DNA from: Eledone cirrhosa
Lineage: Eukaryota
Assembly: GCA_964016885.1 (NCBI GenBank)
Contig: OZ024743.1
Span: forward strand, 191,084,001-191,148,000
Direction: 5' to 3'
Length of the DNA stretch: 64,000 bases
Shown: positions 40,201 through 53,934 of the stretch, piece after piece
Position numbering within the stretch: position 1 is the first letter of the stretch
How the letters are laid out: each line of letters opens with the position of its first letter
Position numbers and translations under genes: made by a program
Notes under the pieces: model-generated
Told to the model about the DNA's origin: nothing
Database searches by the model: none
What the model saw: the letters and a program-made list of their open reading frames with translations, nothing else

Positions 40201-41007
40201 ATTCTAATCTGATTTTGTACTAGTTGGTCCATAACTAATTCTTTGTTCAATTCAAAATAGCAGCGTTAAAATACTACTAAACTTGGAAGCGTTTGAAATG
40301 CTCTTGTTATTGCTAATAAAGTCGCTTCTATGTTCCATTATGCCAACGCTTTTCCTACACATATGATTAAAATAGTTCTTTTCAAACATATTTCCTAAAT
40401 ATTCGCCTGTTTAAGGCTCTTGTTTTTCCTATCTATTGATTATTTTTTGAGTGGATTGTTTATCCCATTTTTGTTTTGGTAGACGTCACTTTTTCATTTC
40501 CAACGCTGTGTCACAGTATATTCAGAAACATCTGTTTAATGTGTCTTTTACGGCAAGAAACACTCCCTATTGCTTCAGAATATCTTTTGATCGCAAACTA
40601 ATTCAACATATTGAATAAAACTACTTCATCACTAATTTAAAAAGAGTTTCAAATTTATGAAGTAGTTGTACGTTAGACAGTAAATGACCTAGATAATCCC
40701 ACACAACTGTATAATATATGCGACAACAATACTAAGGCATTATTCATATACTTTCCATATATACTAATTTACACATTAGGATAAAAATATTGATGCCAAA
40801 ATATTTTCTAAGGATTAACATTCATATTGAGACATACACGGCCAGCCCAGAGCTGAACACCAGCAACCATAACCCTCAACAATAGAGATAGAAGACACAC
40901 AACCAAACGTATGATACAAAGTACAACCCCATTAAACAACGCTAATACATCTAAGTAGACAAAACTTTTCCCGTTGAATATAGCATATATAATGATTTCT
41001 AGTATAG

Positions 41008-41152
41008 TCACAAGGCCAGTAATTTTGGGGGGTGGGGGGAAAGTCGATTAAATCGACCCCAGTACGTTACTGATGCTTTATTTTATCGACCTCGTAAGGA
41101 TGAAAGGCAACGTAAAGCATGGCGTCCGATCCTCTACCGATACTGTCAATCC
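41008..41152 (-). mobile_element. tRNA-derived SINE variant (internal deletion, longer tail)
   Basis: TTTATCGACCTCGTAAGGATGAAAGGCAA core and head CCGATACTGTCAATCCAC. Confidence 0.75.
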
Positions 41153-41768
41153 ACACACAAATAATACTCACTCACTTACAAACGCTCATAGAGACGTATA
41201 CATCAACAGAATCATTTATTTAAATTCCACACATATTAAACGACAGTGAAAACACTTTAAATAATCACAATACCACAGAACAGGAGATTAGACATCATTA
41301 ATACACTGCACAGGCCATAAAACCTTACTCCATATTTACCGTATAGAACATAGAAATAGATAAAAGCCAACCCCGACACCACGAATATTAATGTATATGT
41401 ACAACTGTTGCCTAAATTTCATTCTCGCTATGTATCTGTCTGAAACGTTTGATCAGATGACAGCCACATTTTTTTCTTTTTTCTTTTTGTTCCATGGTGT
41501 CTTGACAGAGTTCTATTCCTGATAGGTTCTTCCACATGACAATAATACTATAAACATACCCCCGAAGCGATAGATTTCAACAACTTATTTGTTAGCTAAG
41601 CCGTAAATGTTTAACAATGGGGCAGAACATATTTATAATATCTACACCCAACTTTTCAAAAGTATAGAGTAGTAAGTTAAATGATGGTCTTATTAGTCTT
41701 AAACAGTAAAATGTCGCATATATATATATTATATATATATATAGAGAGAGAGGGGAGGCTCGATAAGG

Positions 41769-41830
<62 letters not shown>

Positions 41831-41835
41831 TATAC

Positions 41836-41868
<33 letters not shown>

Positions 41869-41879
41869 CACATATATAC

Positions 41880-41946
<67 letters not shown>

Positions 41947-41949
41947 CGC

Positions 41950-42450
41950 TTCGTTTTGATTATCTTCCATACTCCCCCAATACTTGTTGAAAATCAGTGC
42001 TGCGAAAACTGAAAGACTCTTCCTCCCAAGCAAGCCTGGGCAGTGCTGTCTACATGTGAATGGAGTTCCACTGAAACAGGTAGAGAAGTTCAAGTATATC
42101 AGGTGGTGTTCACGAGTGATGGAAGGCAAGAGGCTGAATTAAGTGCAAGGATTACAGAAGCCGGTCTAGCAATGCGCCAGCTTCAGCTTTCGGTAATCAT
42201 AGGTAGCTGTAAAAGCCAAATTCATCATCTTCAACTGGGTATTCCTGCCACGCCCTATATATGGTGATGAATCCTGGGTAATGACTGAAAGAATATGATA
42301 GCGAAACCAACCAGCAGGAGAACCGAACAAGATGGTTAAGGATCCAGCCAAATCAGATGGAGATGGTTACTTCTGATAGGGTCGCTGGAAGGAGTGTTTG
42401 AGGATTGTGTCCCCATGGCCCTTTCAGGTGTAAGTGGGCGAAGAGGGAGA
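41950..42450 (+). mobile_element. RTE-clade (Expander/Rex3-like) LINE fragment
   Basis: QVEKFKY...[25 protein letters not shown]...IYGDESWVMTERI. Confidence 0.7.
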
Positions 42451-43391
42451 ATATATATATATGTATATTTGTTATGTTTTTCCGGAGAAAAGGTAAATAT
42501 ATATATATATATATATATTATATATGATTTAATTAAAATCTACACAGGTTTATTCTAGAGTATACACATGGAGGTAGATTATGTTTTAAAGTCTACTGAT
42601 AAAATCCACGAAGCCTATAAACCCATTTGGCAAGAATTAAAAATGAATTTGGGAAAATGTCCGTATGTTTTTTCATGAATAACAACATTGTGGCTGAACA
42701 AAAACCCTCATAGGCATGCTCTGCATTCGAAATACATACATGATATGGACTTATGTATTCTCTATCTCAAAAAAACACAGCAACAGATTGTGTGTGTGTG
42801 AGTTGTTTTTTTTTGCTGAAAAGATAGATGAAATATGTCTAAATCAGAGAAGCATATAAATATATAATAACGTATGCAAAAATTGCCGACGGGTAAAATA
42901 CAAGTAAAGCCAACAGAAACTGTAGGAAAATATGTGAGTGAAGCTTTCTTGTATTAGTTGGTTTCATAAGTACACTACCCGTCCGTAAATATAACACCGT
43001 CCGTATATATAACACCCCTAGACCGAATATCATGAAAAATCTATTGTATTCTTATCTTTCGCAGTCACCTCCCCATCGATCCTAGGTGAGTTGCCACCCC
43101 ATTGAGAATCTTTTCTACGCATGTCTATTTGAGTAATCGTTTTCCTTTTCCGTATTATCTCATTTAAACCGAGCTGATGATCCGTCAGAGGTAAAACAAA
43201 TTGTTCACTGGGATGGTGAATTAACTGGTGTGGAACTACTTATATATATATATATATATATAAGCAAAAAAGTGTTGGTAAAATCCAGTACTTCAGTATG
43301 TGGATAGGGAGCACTCAACGAAGATATAAATTCCGGAGTTATAATAGTGACGAAACGTAAGTCAATTGCATGAACTCATAATCCTTTATTT

Positions 43392-43449
43392 ACTGCTATA
43401 TATATATTTCGATGATAGCCATTGTATGGCTATGACCTCATCAGGCAGT
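43392..43449 (-). ncRNA. Type I hammerhead ribozyme with (UA)n stem III
   Basis: Reverse complement: actgc CTGATGA ggtc atagccat aca atggctat catc GAAA tatatata TA gcagt, followed by AATAAA. Confidence 0.75.
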
Positions 43450-44079
43450 TAGTAAGTTCTTAGATATGCCAGTTCTGGGTTTTTGGTGATGATGGTTTTA
43501 GAGTCTTGGGACATATGAGCTTGTTAGGGATAATTTAATGTTGTCAGCAAGAATAATCTTAATTCTCATTGGTCAGTTTGTAGATGCTAGTAGGATTGGT
43601 ATTTGACTTCAAAGAGGTCGGTGGTGTTGTAAAGTTCGAACCGTCAGGCAAGATGACAATAGTTCCATATGACCGATTTTCACAAAAAAGCATATTCAAT
43701 TGTGGTTTATAGTATGAAATTCGATACTACAGGGCATTCTTAAATTGAGGAATTTAGGTGGGGTGGTAATACTGAAAAATATCGTTAGAGTCAAATACTT
43801 AGAAAGTTTACATATAAAAAGACTCATGTTGGTTGACTTGTACATACACTCACACCCATCCCCACAGACACACACATCTATACATACAAATGCATACAGA
43901 TGCGTATATATATATATATGTATGTACACACAAGTGCGTATACATATACAAAAGAGGCCCCCAAATCCAAGTATATGGCAGACATAAAATGAGGTGGGTG
44001 TTATTTTTAAAGAAAAATTATTGTTTAGACTAGACAAAAGTAGAGTGTGATATATATCTTCACAGCAATAGCTTAGGGG

Positions 44080-44167
<88 letters not shown>

Positions 44168-44172
<5 letters not shown>

Positions 44173-44395
44173 TTCACCGCACCAAATAATGACGTATTAT
44201 CTTCGTTTTTTTCCGTTCTTTGCCAGGGAACGTTTCCACGAACCAAAGTATCGTCTTCCTGTCTTTCTTCGGTTGCAACGGTGTTTGAAATATTTACTTC
44301 TGCGTTCACAGATTGACTTTTTTAGTTTCAGAAGATTCCGTTAAGGGTGAAAGCAACGATTCTTTGCTTAAACTTTAATCTGTTATTTTAATAAA
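44168..44395 (+). mobile_element. Solo Penelope-like terminus with A4-variant HHR (44324-44374)
   Basis: Reverse-complement match to 52632-52860. agttt CAGAAGA ttcc gtta agggt GAAA gcaa cgattct ttgc TT aaact. Flanked by (TA)n. Confidence 0.7.
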
Positions 44396-47300
44396 TATAT
44401 ATATATATATATATATATACTAATTAATTCCTAATATTGCTGAGTAGAATATGCTTACCGTTGCGGATCTAAATTTATGATTTACTCCCATCTCCAATGC
44501 TTTCATTTTCCAGGATGTCTAGCAAGCTGGTTTTATAGAACAATTCTGAAATAGCTATTAATTGAGTTCCCTAATATCATAAAGTAATATAACATTTAAC
44601 AGAGAAGATAGACGCAAATATATGCATATAAATATAATGTAAACAGTAAGTAAAAGATTAATAATTCACAATATAAATTTTGCATTTCAAATGAACCAAA
44701 ATAATGATTTTTGCAAAATGTACATTAATACAGAAAATCGGATGTTTATTGTTAATTGTTTTTTTACAGGAAATATTTGGAATGTTTGCAAAATTTCTAA
44801 TTAGTATAAATATTTTAATAATTTTGTTTACAAAATTCATTATGGATTTTCAAGAATATTCACTGCATAATTTTGTATGATTTTAATATGATTAATATGC
44901 TTTTGGTGAAATGTTAGATTGTGAGTTTTGACTAGACATCTAACTTCAAATCCCCAAACGTCGGTTATAATCAGTCTTTCTATTTTGCTCTTTGCTCATG
45001 TCAAGTATATTACACATCAAATATTATATAACGATCATATGTTTAATTCATTCATTCATATTCTAGTGATTTCAATATCTTTTGCTTCTCATTAGTTTAC
45101 TCTGTAATCAAGAATAGTGATAAATTGTCCAGAAATTATTTGTTTTATTTTAAACGTTCTGCCTTTGAAGCGTTTTTTTGTTTGTTTGTTTGTTTTTTTG
45201 TAGTCAGATCCGTCTTTTCTAAACAGTAAGATGGCACATATTGATTTATCGGAATATAATTTGTTATTTTTACAATGAGCTCATTGACATTTCTAGTGTT
45301 AGCATTCCATTACAAAACACTTGTCTCATCTTCATTACAACGTTCAATATATGCTGTAATACAGCTACAGTAAAGCGCGTGAAGAATTGTTGCTACAATG
45401 CTTAAAGAACATTTACCAAGTTTGCAGTCCTTGTATCCTTAAATAAATTACAGAAGTTCAGAATAGTTGGGAGATAACATATTTGAATCCCTGAAGTTTA
45501 GATTGGATGTTTTTTCTTTGTTATATATCATATCTGAAATTAAACATTTTTGGGAGTTGTTTATATTTTCACTAATTCTGTCGACGGTTGTATGTCCTCT
45601 GGGTTACTAGTCAATGATCCATACAATTTCTTTATTTCACTCCACGAAATGAAAGGAGGAATATTTATACGTGCGAAATCAAACGTCCACTCTCAACAAT
45701 TACTTGACCATTATTAGAGTTTAGCCATCTTGTGTTTATTCAACATATACTATACGACTTAATATTTTTTTATACAATATGTAACCCAATACAAACCCCC
45801 ACCCCCAGTTGACATTATCCTATCAGCATAGACCAATTTCTAAACAGTGTTTGGCTGTTTTCTGTTGAACATTCAATCCATCTGGAATGTTCCTATACTT
45901 ATCGTTTTGCATCAAAGTGTTTTATCAAACTCTTAAGTGGCAGTTAGGCGTATTTCTAAAAATAATAGCAGAATATATCTTACGCAGCACCCTACCGTCT
46001 AATGATTAATTGTATTAAGCCCACAGATTTATTTCTATTCCTCATCATATACGGATCGGAGAACGTTGCGTTTACAAGCTAATGATAAAAATATAAATGC
46101 GCAATCTCCTAAATCTGCTTTTTATTTTCACCAGGTTTTCCAATGTATTCATCATTGCTTTTAAACCAAGTGATATCTCACACAGAATCAATTTACTGTA
46201 CTTCATTTACATCATATGAAATCAGAGAAAAGAACTACACTAAACAGTTGTTTTATTTATTTGAAAACTTTTATATCTCAACTCAATTATTTATCAATTT
46301 ATTTACTTTTGCTGCATCAGCTCAAATTTATTGATTTCAAATATATAAATGTAATTATTGTAGCCTGACACATAGCTATTTTATTTGCCTTCTTCACTGA
46401 AGAGTGACGTTGAATTAAATCTCTCATATTGTAGTGAGATTCCTCTATTTTCATTCAGCACATTGTCGAATTATAAAAACAATGATAATAAGCAGCAAGA
46501 ATATTGACGACTCCATACATAATGTAACTGGTCCTTTTTCTCTTTTTTTTTAATTCTAAATGCCCTTTAAGCACATCGATTCAATTCATTGTTAGGATAT
46601 TACTGCACCAATGCGCATCAAGTAAATAGAAGTTGTCGATTCTTTACAATTTCTTCTCATAGACCAGTATTGATGTAGTAAATCTGATCACAAGAGTAAA
46701 TCTTTGAATATGATAGAATATAGCACGTAGACAATGTAGCAAACACTCCATTTAATTAACTCCGGCATCTAATTGCCAAATTAGGTGATTATCTCGGGAA
46801 GATATTAATTAGCAATTAATTTCAATTAACCGACAGATGTCAAATTATTTCCTTCAACTAAATAGTTCTCATTTGTAGTAATTCAATCAAATCAAGAATT
46901 ATTTACATCACATGTTTAAACAAGAAACAGGTTACGGAATTTTAAATTCGACCTTCAATATTGACCTTCCTTCTAGAGTATAATTACATGAGTACGCGAG
47001 AAACAAAGTAATTATCGAAATAATGGCTGTATTTCTTTATAGTGATGAAACCCCAATTTAATGGTTACTATGGAAATTACAGAAGATATGCTTTTATACA
47101 ATATTTTTAAGGCAAGTTAATCTGGTGAAAACCAGCTAAGCATTACACTTAAATGATAAATTGAATTTCTTTTCAGACACTTTTCTTTGCAGAACAAGAT
47201 ATCGTACAAAGCAATGGCAAATAGGTTGAATTTGGAAGGCAGAGAGCTTAAGCCACACTGTTTGTTGCGTGGAAGACAGGACGTGGATGTAGATCAATTT

Positions 47301-47834
47301 TCCTTAATCCCATCATTGTTGAAATGAGGAAGTGAGGTACATGCTCAAAGGAAATGAAGCTATATAATTACCCATGATAATGAAAGTTGTTTTACTGATG
47401 TTATTGTTTTTTGTGCTGTTTTGTCATACGTCGTTTTTTTTAATATAAAATGTCCAATATATCTTTCTAGTTTTTAGAATGCACATTAAACTCTGAGAGA
47501 GATTTCAGTTGTTATATCTAGAAAATATTTCTAAAGATCGTTTGAGAATAGTTGCTTTAGTAGTATTCCAGTGCTGAAAATGTTTGTGAAATTCATAATA
47601 TCCTGATTATTCAGCAATAAAATAGTTCTTCAACCGGAAAAAACCATTAAGATGCAATTTTAACTTGTCACACGTATGTAGTTACAATAAGAGAATATTG
47701 TGTGACCCAATATATTCAGAAATAGTGATAGTAAATATGCGACTTCATCTTCATGTGTAGACAGGTAATATAGTTCTGTGTTTTCTTAATATACATAAGT
47801 AATGCCGTTAGATTGAAGCTATTTTAAGAAACTA

Positions 47835-47874
<40 letters not shown>

Positions 47875-47875
<1 letters not shown>

Positions 47876-48471
47876 AATAATGGAGCTGCGGCGTTGCAAA
47901 TGGGTTACATATAAAAAAGTGAGTCCTTCATCAGTGACCCTCCAACCGTCCCAGGCATTTCATCGCTTTAAGGGCCATATACCTCAGGTTGGTGCGAACA
48001 ACGGCTAAAAAAAGTCGTTGGGACACGTAAATAAAGAGAACGTTAGGGTGAACAAACAAAATGGTTTAAGCAACAGAAAGTGAGAGGAAAGAGACAAGTC
48101 CCAGATTTCTATGAATATAAACTCGATAAAATCGTGAACTAGAGAATAAAGACCATCAGACCTGGTTGAAATGTGAGCAAGGAAGGAATTTCGCACAGGT
48201 CTAACGAGAGGAAGAAGAAGGGGTCTGGTCTGCGAATTCGGTAAACATAAGTTCTGTGAAGACGGAGACGAGAGAGAGAGAGAAAAAAAATTCATACCGG
48301 CTTGGCCAAGAGTGCGCGAGAAAAGAAATCGGACAGGTCAAGCGGGAAGAAAGAGGAGTGGAGGAGAGGTAGTGACAGGGTATGAGTGAGTGAAAGTTGA
48401 GGAAGAGGCTAACAGAGAGAGAGACTGCTAGAAAGGGTAAAGATACAAAGAGAGAAACAGACGGGTGGCAG

Positions 48472-48475
<4 letters not shown>
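47875..48475 (-). mobile_element. ORF-less element related to 12730-13396, between (TA)n tracts
   Basis: Shared ~150-bp terminus and a purine-rich body on the + strand. Confidence 0.5.
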
Positions 48476-48527
<52 letters not shown>

Positions 48528-48619
48528 CAAAGAGTTATTTAATTTGTTGGTTATTCAACAAATTTATTTATAACAGATTCGAAGCACTCTACACTATTCT
48601 TCTGGAGTATAATATCAAT

Positions 48620-51525
48620 AATATTAATAAATGGAAACTATCTTTATAAAACCATATTTATTTTATTATATATATTTTAAGGGCACCACCATTTTGGTAC
48701 GCGCTCATCAGATAAAATAGAAAAGATGTTTTATAAAGAGTCACCTATCCAAAGAACATATACAAGATAGGATTATACCAGTACTTAAGCATAAATCACA
48801 CCTTAAACTATGGAACAGTACAAATGAAGTAATAGATTGGTTTGCAGACACTAAATTAAAACAGGAAAAAATTTATACAAATGGATATTGCTAATTACTA
48901 CTCCTCAATTACCCCCAACTTACTTAATAAGGCACCTATTTAAGCTTCAAAACATACTGACTAATCTAGTGATGAAATAAATATCATTTTAACCGCACGT
49001 AAAACCCTAATTCAATTTAATAACAATCTCTGGACAAGGTCTGATAGACAGAACAATTTTGATATCACAATGGGATCATCTGACTCAGCCCAAGTAACCG
49101 ACCGCGTTGAAATATTTATTCTTAATGAACTACATAGAAAAATTCCCAGGGATGGCCGGAGGTTTATATCGTGGCGATATTTTAATTATAGTTGAAAACC
49201 ATAGAAAAAGCGAACTTAATAAGAAAAGGAGAATTATCATAGAATCTTTTAATAATTATAACCTTAAATTAGAAATTGAGAATAATAATAAAACTGTTAA
49301 CTTCTTAGATGTCACTTTAAACCTTAGCTCAGGTCTATATTACCCTTTCCATAAGATTAATGAAAACCTAAACTATGTAAGCTTCCATTCTAACCACCCT
49401 AGAAATGTCAAAAATGCTATTGTCAATAGTGTCCAACAACGAATTTCACGCATTTCAGCTAATAAAATTATTTTTTTTAAACTAAGGCAGAATATTACAA
49501 TGATGCTTTACATAGAGCTGGCTACATGAATACAGTTAAATACTTAGATATCGATAACATGCAAAATCATCCTAAAATTTACTATAATAATAAAAATAAG
49601 CAATTTAACATAAATAGTAAATCAAACAAAAGAACTAGAACTAGAAATATTATTTGGTACTCTCCCCCAATCTCATTAGGAGTTAAAACACCTGTAGCAA
49701 ACCTATTTTTCAAAGCATTAGATAAGTGTAAATGTAGAAACGAATTAAATTGCTCTTTACAGAATAATTGTCTAGATAAAAACTTAGTATATAAATGCTT
49801 AGTAAAAACTAGAGATAAAATATATAACTATATAGGAGCCACTTTCAGATTTAAGGAACGTTGGTATAATCGCAAACATACATTTAATAGATCAGACAAA
49901 AAATTTTCAACATCACTTTCACATATAATTTGGTTCTTAAAAGACAATAATATTGACTATTCGATCACTTGGGGAACGATTTCGAAAGGACCCGCATACC
50001 GAAATATGGCTCTCTCAAGAATTTGTCAGTTGTGTATAGAGGAATTATTTCATATACTTACTAATCAAAACTCTATTAATAAAAAGAAGGAATTATTCAA
50101 CTCTTGCAAACATCACCAAACTGAAACATTCAGAATTATCTATAATCTACAGAAAATATTATCTATATCTCACTTGTTTACATTTTATACGTCTTCACTA
50201 TGCTTTGTTGATTTTTTGTGTGTTTATTTTTAAATAATTTTTTTTTTTAAATGATATTTTGAAATACATCTTTTTAGTTTTAATGATGTTTCTGAATATA
50301 CATTTGATGTCTGTAATATTTCATCCTAATAGGCTATATAGACATTAACATATGTATAGATGTAAGTAATGCTATCTAAATACATATATAAAAGCATTTT
50401 TATCTTAGAAAATATGTAATATAGGATACTTAAAATCATATATAAAATAATATATAAAATTTTTCTACATATATTTTGCATATATCTTAATTGACTATTT
50501 TTTAAAGTAAATTCTAGAATAAACGACAAATGTAACTTAACTATTTTAACTAAGAAATATTGGAATTATCTTTTCGTTTATAATGTAACACGTTCAAACA
50601 TTTCTTCTAAGTAACAACTAAACTTCACATAAATATTAAATTTTCTGTATAACTTCGTTAACTTGGTAAATTTTGTAAATGTATTTCTATCTTGATGGAA
50701 CTACAAAATACTTTTCTATAATAAAATCAGAACTACTTCCTTTTTCTTAAATATATAATTTATCGAAACCCTTAACATATATAAAAAAATATTTAAATTA
50801 TCTATCTATTGATAAAAACAACATATATACTCACCAAATTTATTTATATTAAATATTTTTATAAATAACGTGTTGTAATATAATAAAATAAAATATATAT
50901 ACAACCTTAATTCTTCATAAAATATACTTATAAATATTATCTATATAATATTAAAACTCAATATTAGAATAGATCCATAATTAGTAGTATCTCAATTTTT
51001 TTAATTTGTTAAACTGGTATTCTACCACTTGAAGATATTTACAATTCTTATATAGATACTCCCAAAATATATAATTATGTAATTAAATAAATATAATTAT
51101 TTCACTCTCTTTTCACCATCACTGATATGATCCATACAATTATATTTTAATAATAATAGTCTATTTCTAACTATAATATATTTTAAGGAATATTTAAATA
51201 CACCCTAATATTAATATTAACCTCTCTCTATTCTTCCTTTAAACAAACTATCCTAATAATTATTTAAATTTACCTAGCGTCTAAATATAGCGATCTTTTT
51301 CAACGTTATATTAGTGTCATTAACATATTAATCCGAAGATTTGAAATTTCTTTCACTATTCAAACAGTACTTAAAACGGTTAGTTCTTGTTTTTGATATG
51401 TCACTATCTATAAAACAATTTTTGTATTTTATCTGATAAGTGCGTACCAACATTTTGGTGCCCTTGAAATATATATAATCAAATAAGTATAGGTTTTATA
51501 AAGATAGTTTCCGTTTATTAATATT
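48620..51525 (+). mobile_element. Penelope-like element (Naiad-like), RT + GIY-YIG, with 5' inverted terminus
   Basis: MDIANYYSSI, FDITMGSSDSAQV, GLYRGD, VNFLDVTLNL, YVSFHSNHP, RNIIWYSPP, KCKCRNELNCSLQNNCL..LVYKC..YIGAT..FKERWYN, CQLC, NKKKELFNSCKH. 48620-48740 is inverted at 51405-51525. HHRs at 48662-48716(-) and 51428-51482(+). Confidence 0.9.
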
Positions 51526-51695
51526 ATATATATACATATATAATAGGAGGTGGTAAAATACCAGGTGGATTATAACCCGCCAGAGTACTCGATATTTGGG
51601 GCAATAGAGGGTGTAATATGAAAAGATTCAGGAGCACAGCCGTCGGGGTCCAAAATATGTTCATATATATATATATATATACATACATATACACG

Positions 51696-51736
<41 letters not shown>

Positions 51737-52025
51737 TGAGGGGGTGTATGTAAATGTATGCGTGTATATGAATTTTAGACCTACCTTCTTTCTTTCCACT
51801 CTATTACTCTGTGCACGTTCCCTAGTAGCCACACACACAAGATAATCATTCAAAAGCACACATCCCCACCCCTCACCCCGAGTTTCGCCTTACTATATTG
51901 TCTCTGTACACTGATCAAACTCCAAAGTCACAAGACTTAATGCTTAGCCGTGATAAATATATTTATATACATATAAACAGGATGGTGTAGGGCCGAATAA
52001 AGGAGAGACACAAAACAATAAACTA

Positions 52026-52071
52026 GTCACTGAGGAGATGACAGAATGAGTGACGAAAGAGCATCTTTGAC
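52026..52071 (+). ncRNA. Hammerhead motif with weak stem II
   Basis: gtca CTGAGGA g...c GAAA ga gca tc TT tgac, immediately before (TA)n. Confidence 0.55.
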
Positions 52072-52110
52072 AATATATATACGTATATGTATGTATGTAT
52101 AACAAGTATA

Positions 52111-52140
<30 letters not shown>

Positions 52141-52142
<2 letters not shown>

Positions 52143-52426
52143 AGTATGTATGTATACGTACATACATATATGTATACAGACGTACAGTAGCATGCATATA
52201 TATATATATACATACATCTGGCAGAAGGGTATACGGTGCTGATGATAGCTAACAAGCTTGAAACTAGTACATCGTTCCTGTGTCAGTGTTGAACAAAAAG
52301 GTGACGTGGTTGCCTTAACACCGTACGGCATAAATTCAGGCTGTTCAGTTTGTTTACAAACGAACAAAGCGGGCGTTGTAATAAGCGTCCGCTAAACTGA
52401 TACGTGCATATATGTATGTGTACCTG

Positions 52427-52492
<66 letters not shown>

Positions 52493-52607
52493 TGCTACTG
52501 TACGTCTGTATACATATATGTATGTACGTATACATACATACTTACATTTAAGTAAGTGCCGTACTAAGAGTGAGAAATGAAATTTCGTTTTCATTTTATT
52601 ACAACTT
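52141..52607 (+). mobile_element. Second locus of the 32-kb retrozyme-like family, with 5' inversion and HHR at 52234-52274
   Basis: cggtg CTGATGA tagct aaca agctt GAAA ctagt A catcg. 52141-52200 is inverted at 52487-52545. Confidence 0.72.
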
Positions 52608-52631
52608 ATATATATATATATATTTATTTAT

Positions 52632-53832
52632 TTATTAAAATAACAGATTAAAGTTTAAGCAAAGAATCGCTGCTTTCACCCTTAACGGGGTCTTCTGAAA
52701 CTAAGAAAGTCAATCTGTAAACGCAGAACTGGATATTTCAAAAAACGTTGCAACCGGAGGAAGACAGGAAGGCGATATATTGGTTCGTGGAAACTTCGCT
52801 GGCAAAGAACGGGAAAAAACGAATATAATACGTCATTAATAGGAGCGGTGAAAAACAATTACGCGCAAAGACAGAACCACCTTTATGGTATAAAAGAGGT
52901 CGTAGACTAATCTTCTCTTAGGTGGTGCATAGAGACGTTCTCTCGCTATGAACGAAAAAACGAAGATAATACGTCATATGTGGATCGTGGAGAACAATAG
53001 CACGCAAAGACAAAACCACGTAAATGGTATAGCAGAAGTCGTAGACTAAAATTCTACCTAGAAGACCGAATGAATCTCTGCTACAGAGTTAAGAACAAAG
53101 TAAATAAATACAATACGGAAGTAATAGAAATAAATAAATACATACACGCTAATAAATACGTACATGCACAAGCATACGCAAAAACTTACCATAGGTATAC
53201 AAAACCACGCACATATAAATATGTGTGTGTGTATGCGTGTATACAAATAAATAAATAAGTATATAAACGTATATAAATAAATAAATACGTATATAACAAG
53301 CGCACACACATGCCTACATGTAAATACACGAATGTTCGGAAACGTAAGTCAACCAAAACGTGAAGTACACATATACACACACCCTACATACGTACGAACC
53401 TGCATACTAACACAGATGCAAAACTCCCGTATACACATAGCCAAACCATATGTACCAGAATATAAAATTATACGCCATAACAATCAAAAATACGTACGCT
53501 AAGGTATACGTACCTTCACAAAACATACGGGTAATAAATACATACCTATGCAAATAAGTAAATGTATAAACAAAACATGTACTTAGCTCCCACATCAAGA
53601 CGTAAAATATCCACGTATAGATCGTACTATCCGTTAGGGTATAACGTGGGGCTGTAATACAGGAAAGTTTTGTGCAATTTATGTTTACAAGCCGAAATTG
53701 CCTCAGATTTTTTGTTTAAGATGTTGTCTGTGGCGTAGAGTATTTCCAAGGCCTCGGCGGCGCAGAGGTCACTTGGTATTTTATTTACGTTATACGATCT
53801 AGCCCTAGCTAGGATCTCCCAGTCTTCAATTT
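52632..53832 (-). mobile_element. 5'-truncated Penelope-like element (GIY-YIG tail, long UTR, A4 HHR at 52652-52702)
   Basis: Reverse complement of 53660-53830: EDWEILARARSYNVNKIPSDLCAAEALEILYATDNILNKKSEAISACKHK. Confidence 0.75.
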
Positions 53833-53840
53833 ATTATTAT

Positions 53841-53880
<40 letters not shown>

Positions 53881-53934
53881 CGGCGATGAATTAGTTTTGC
53901 GAGCTTTTTGATATGAAATCGTGTGTCGAAACAA

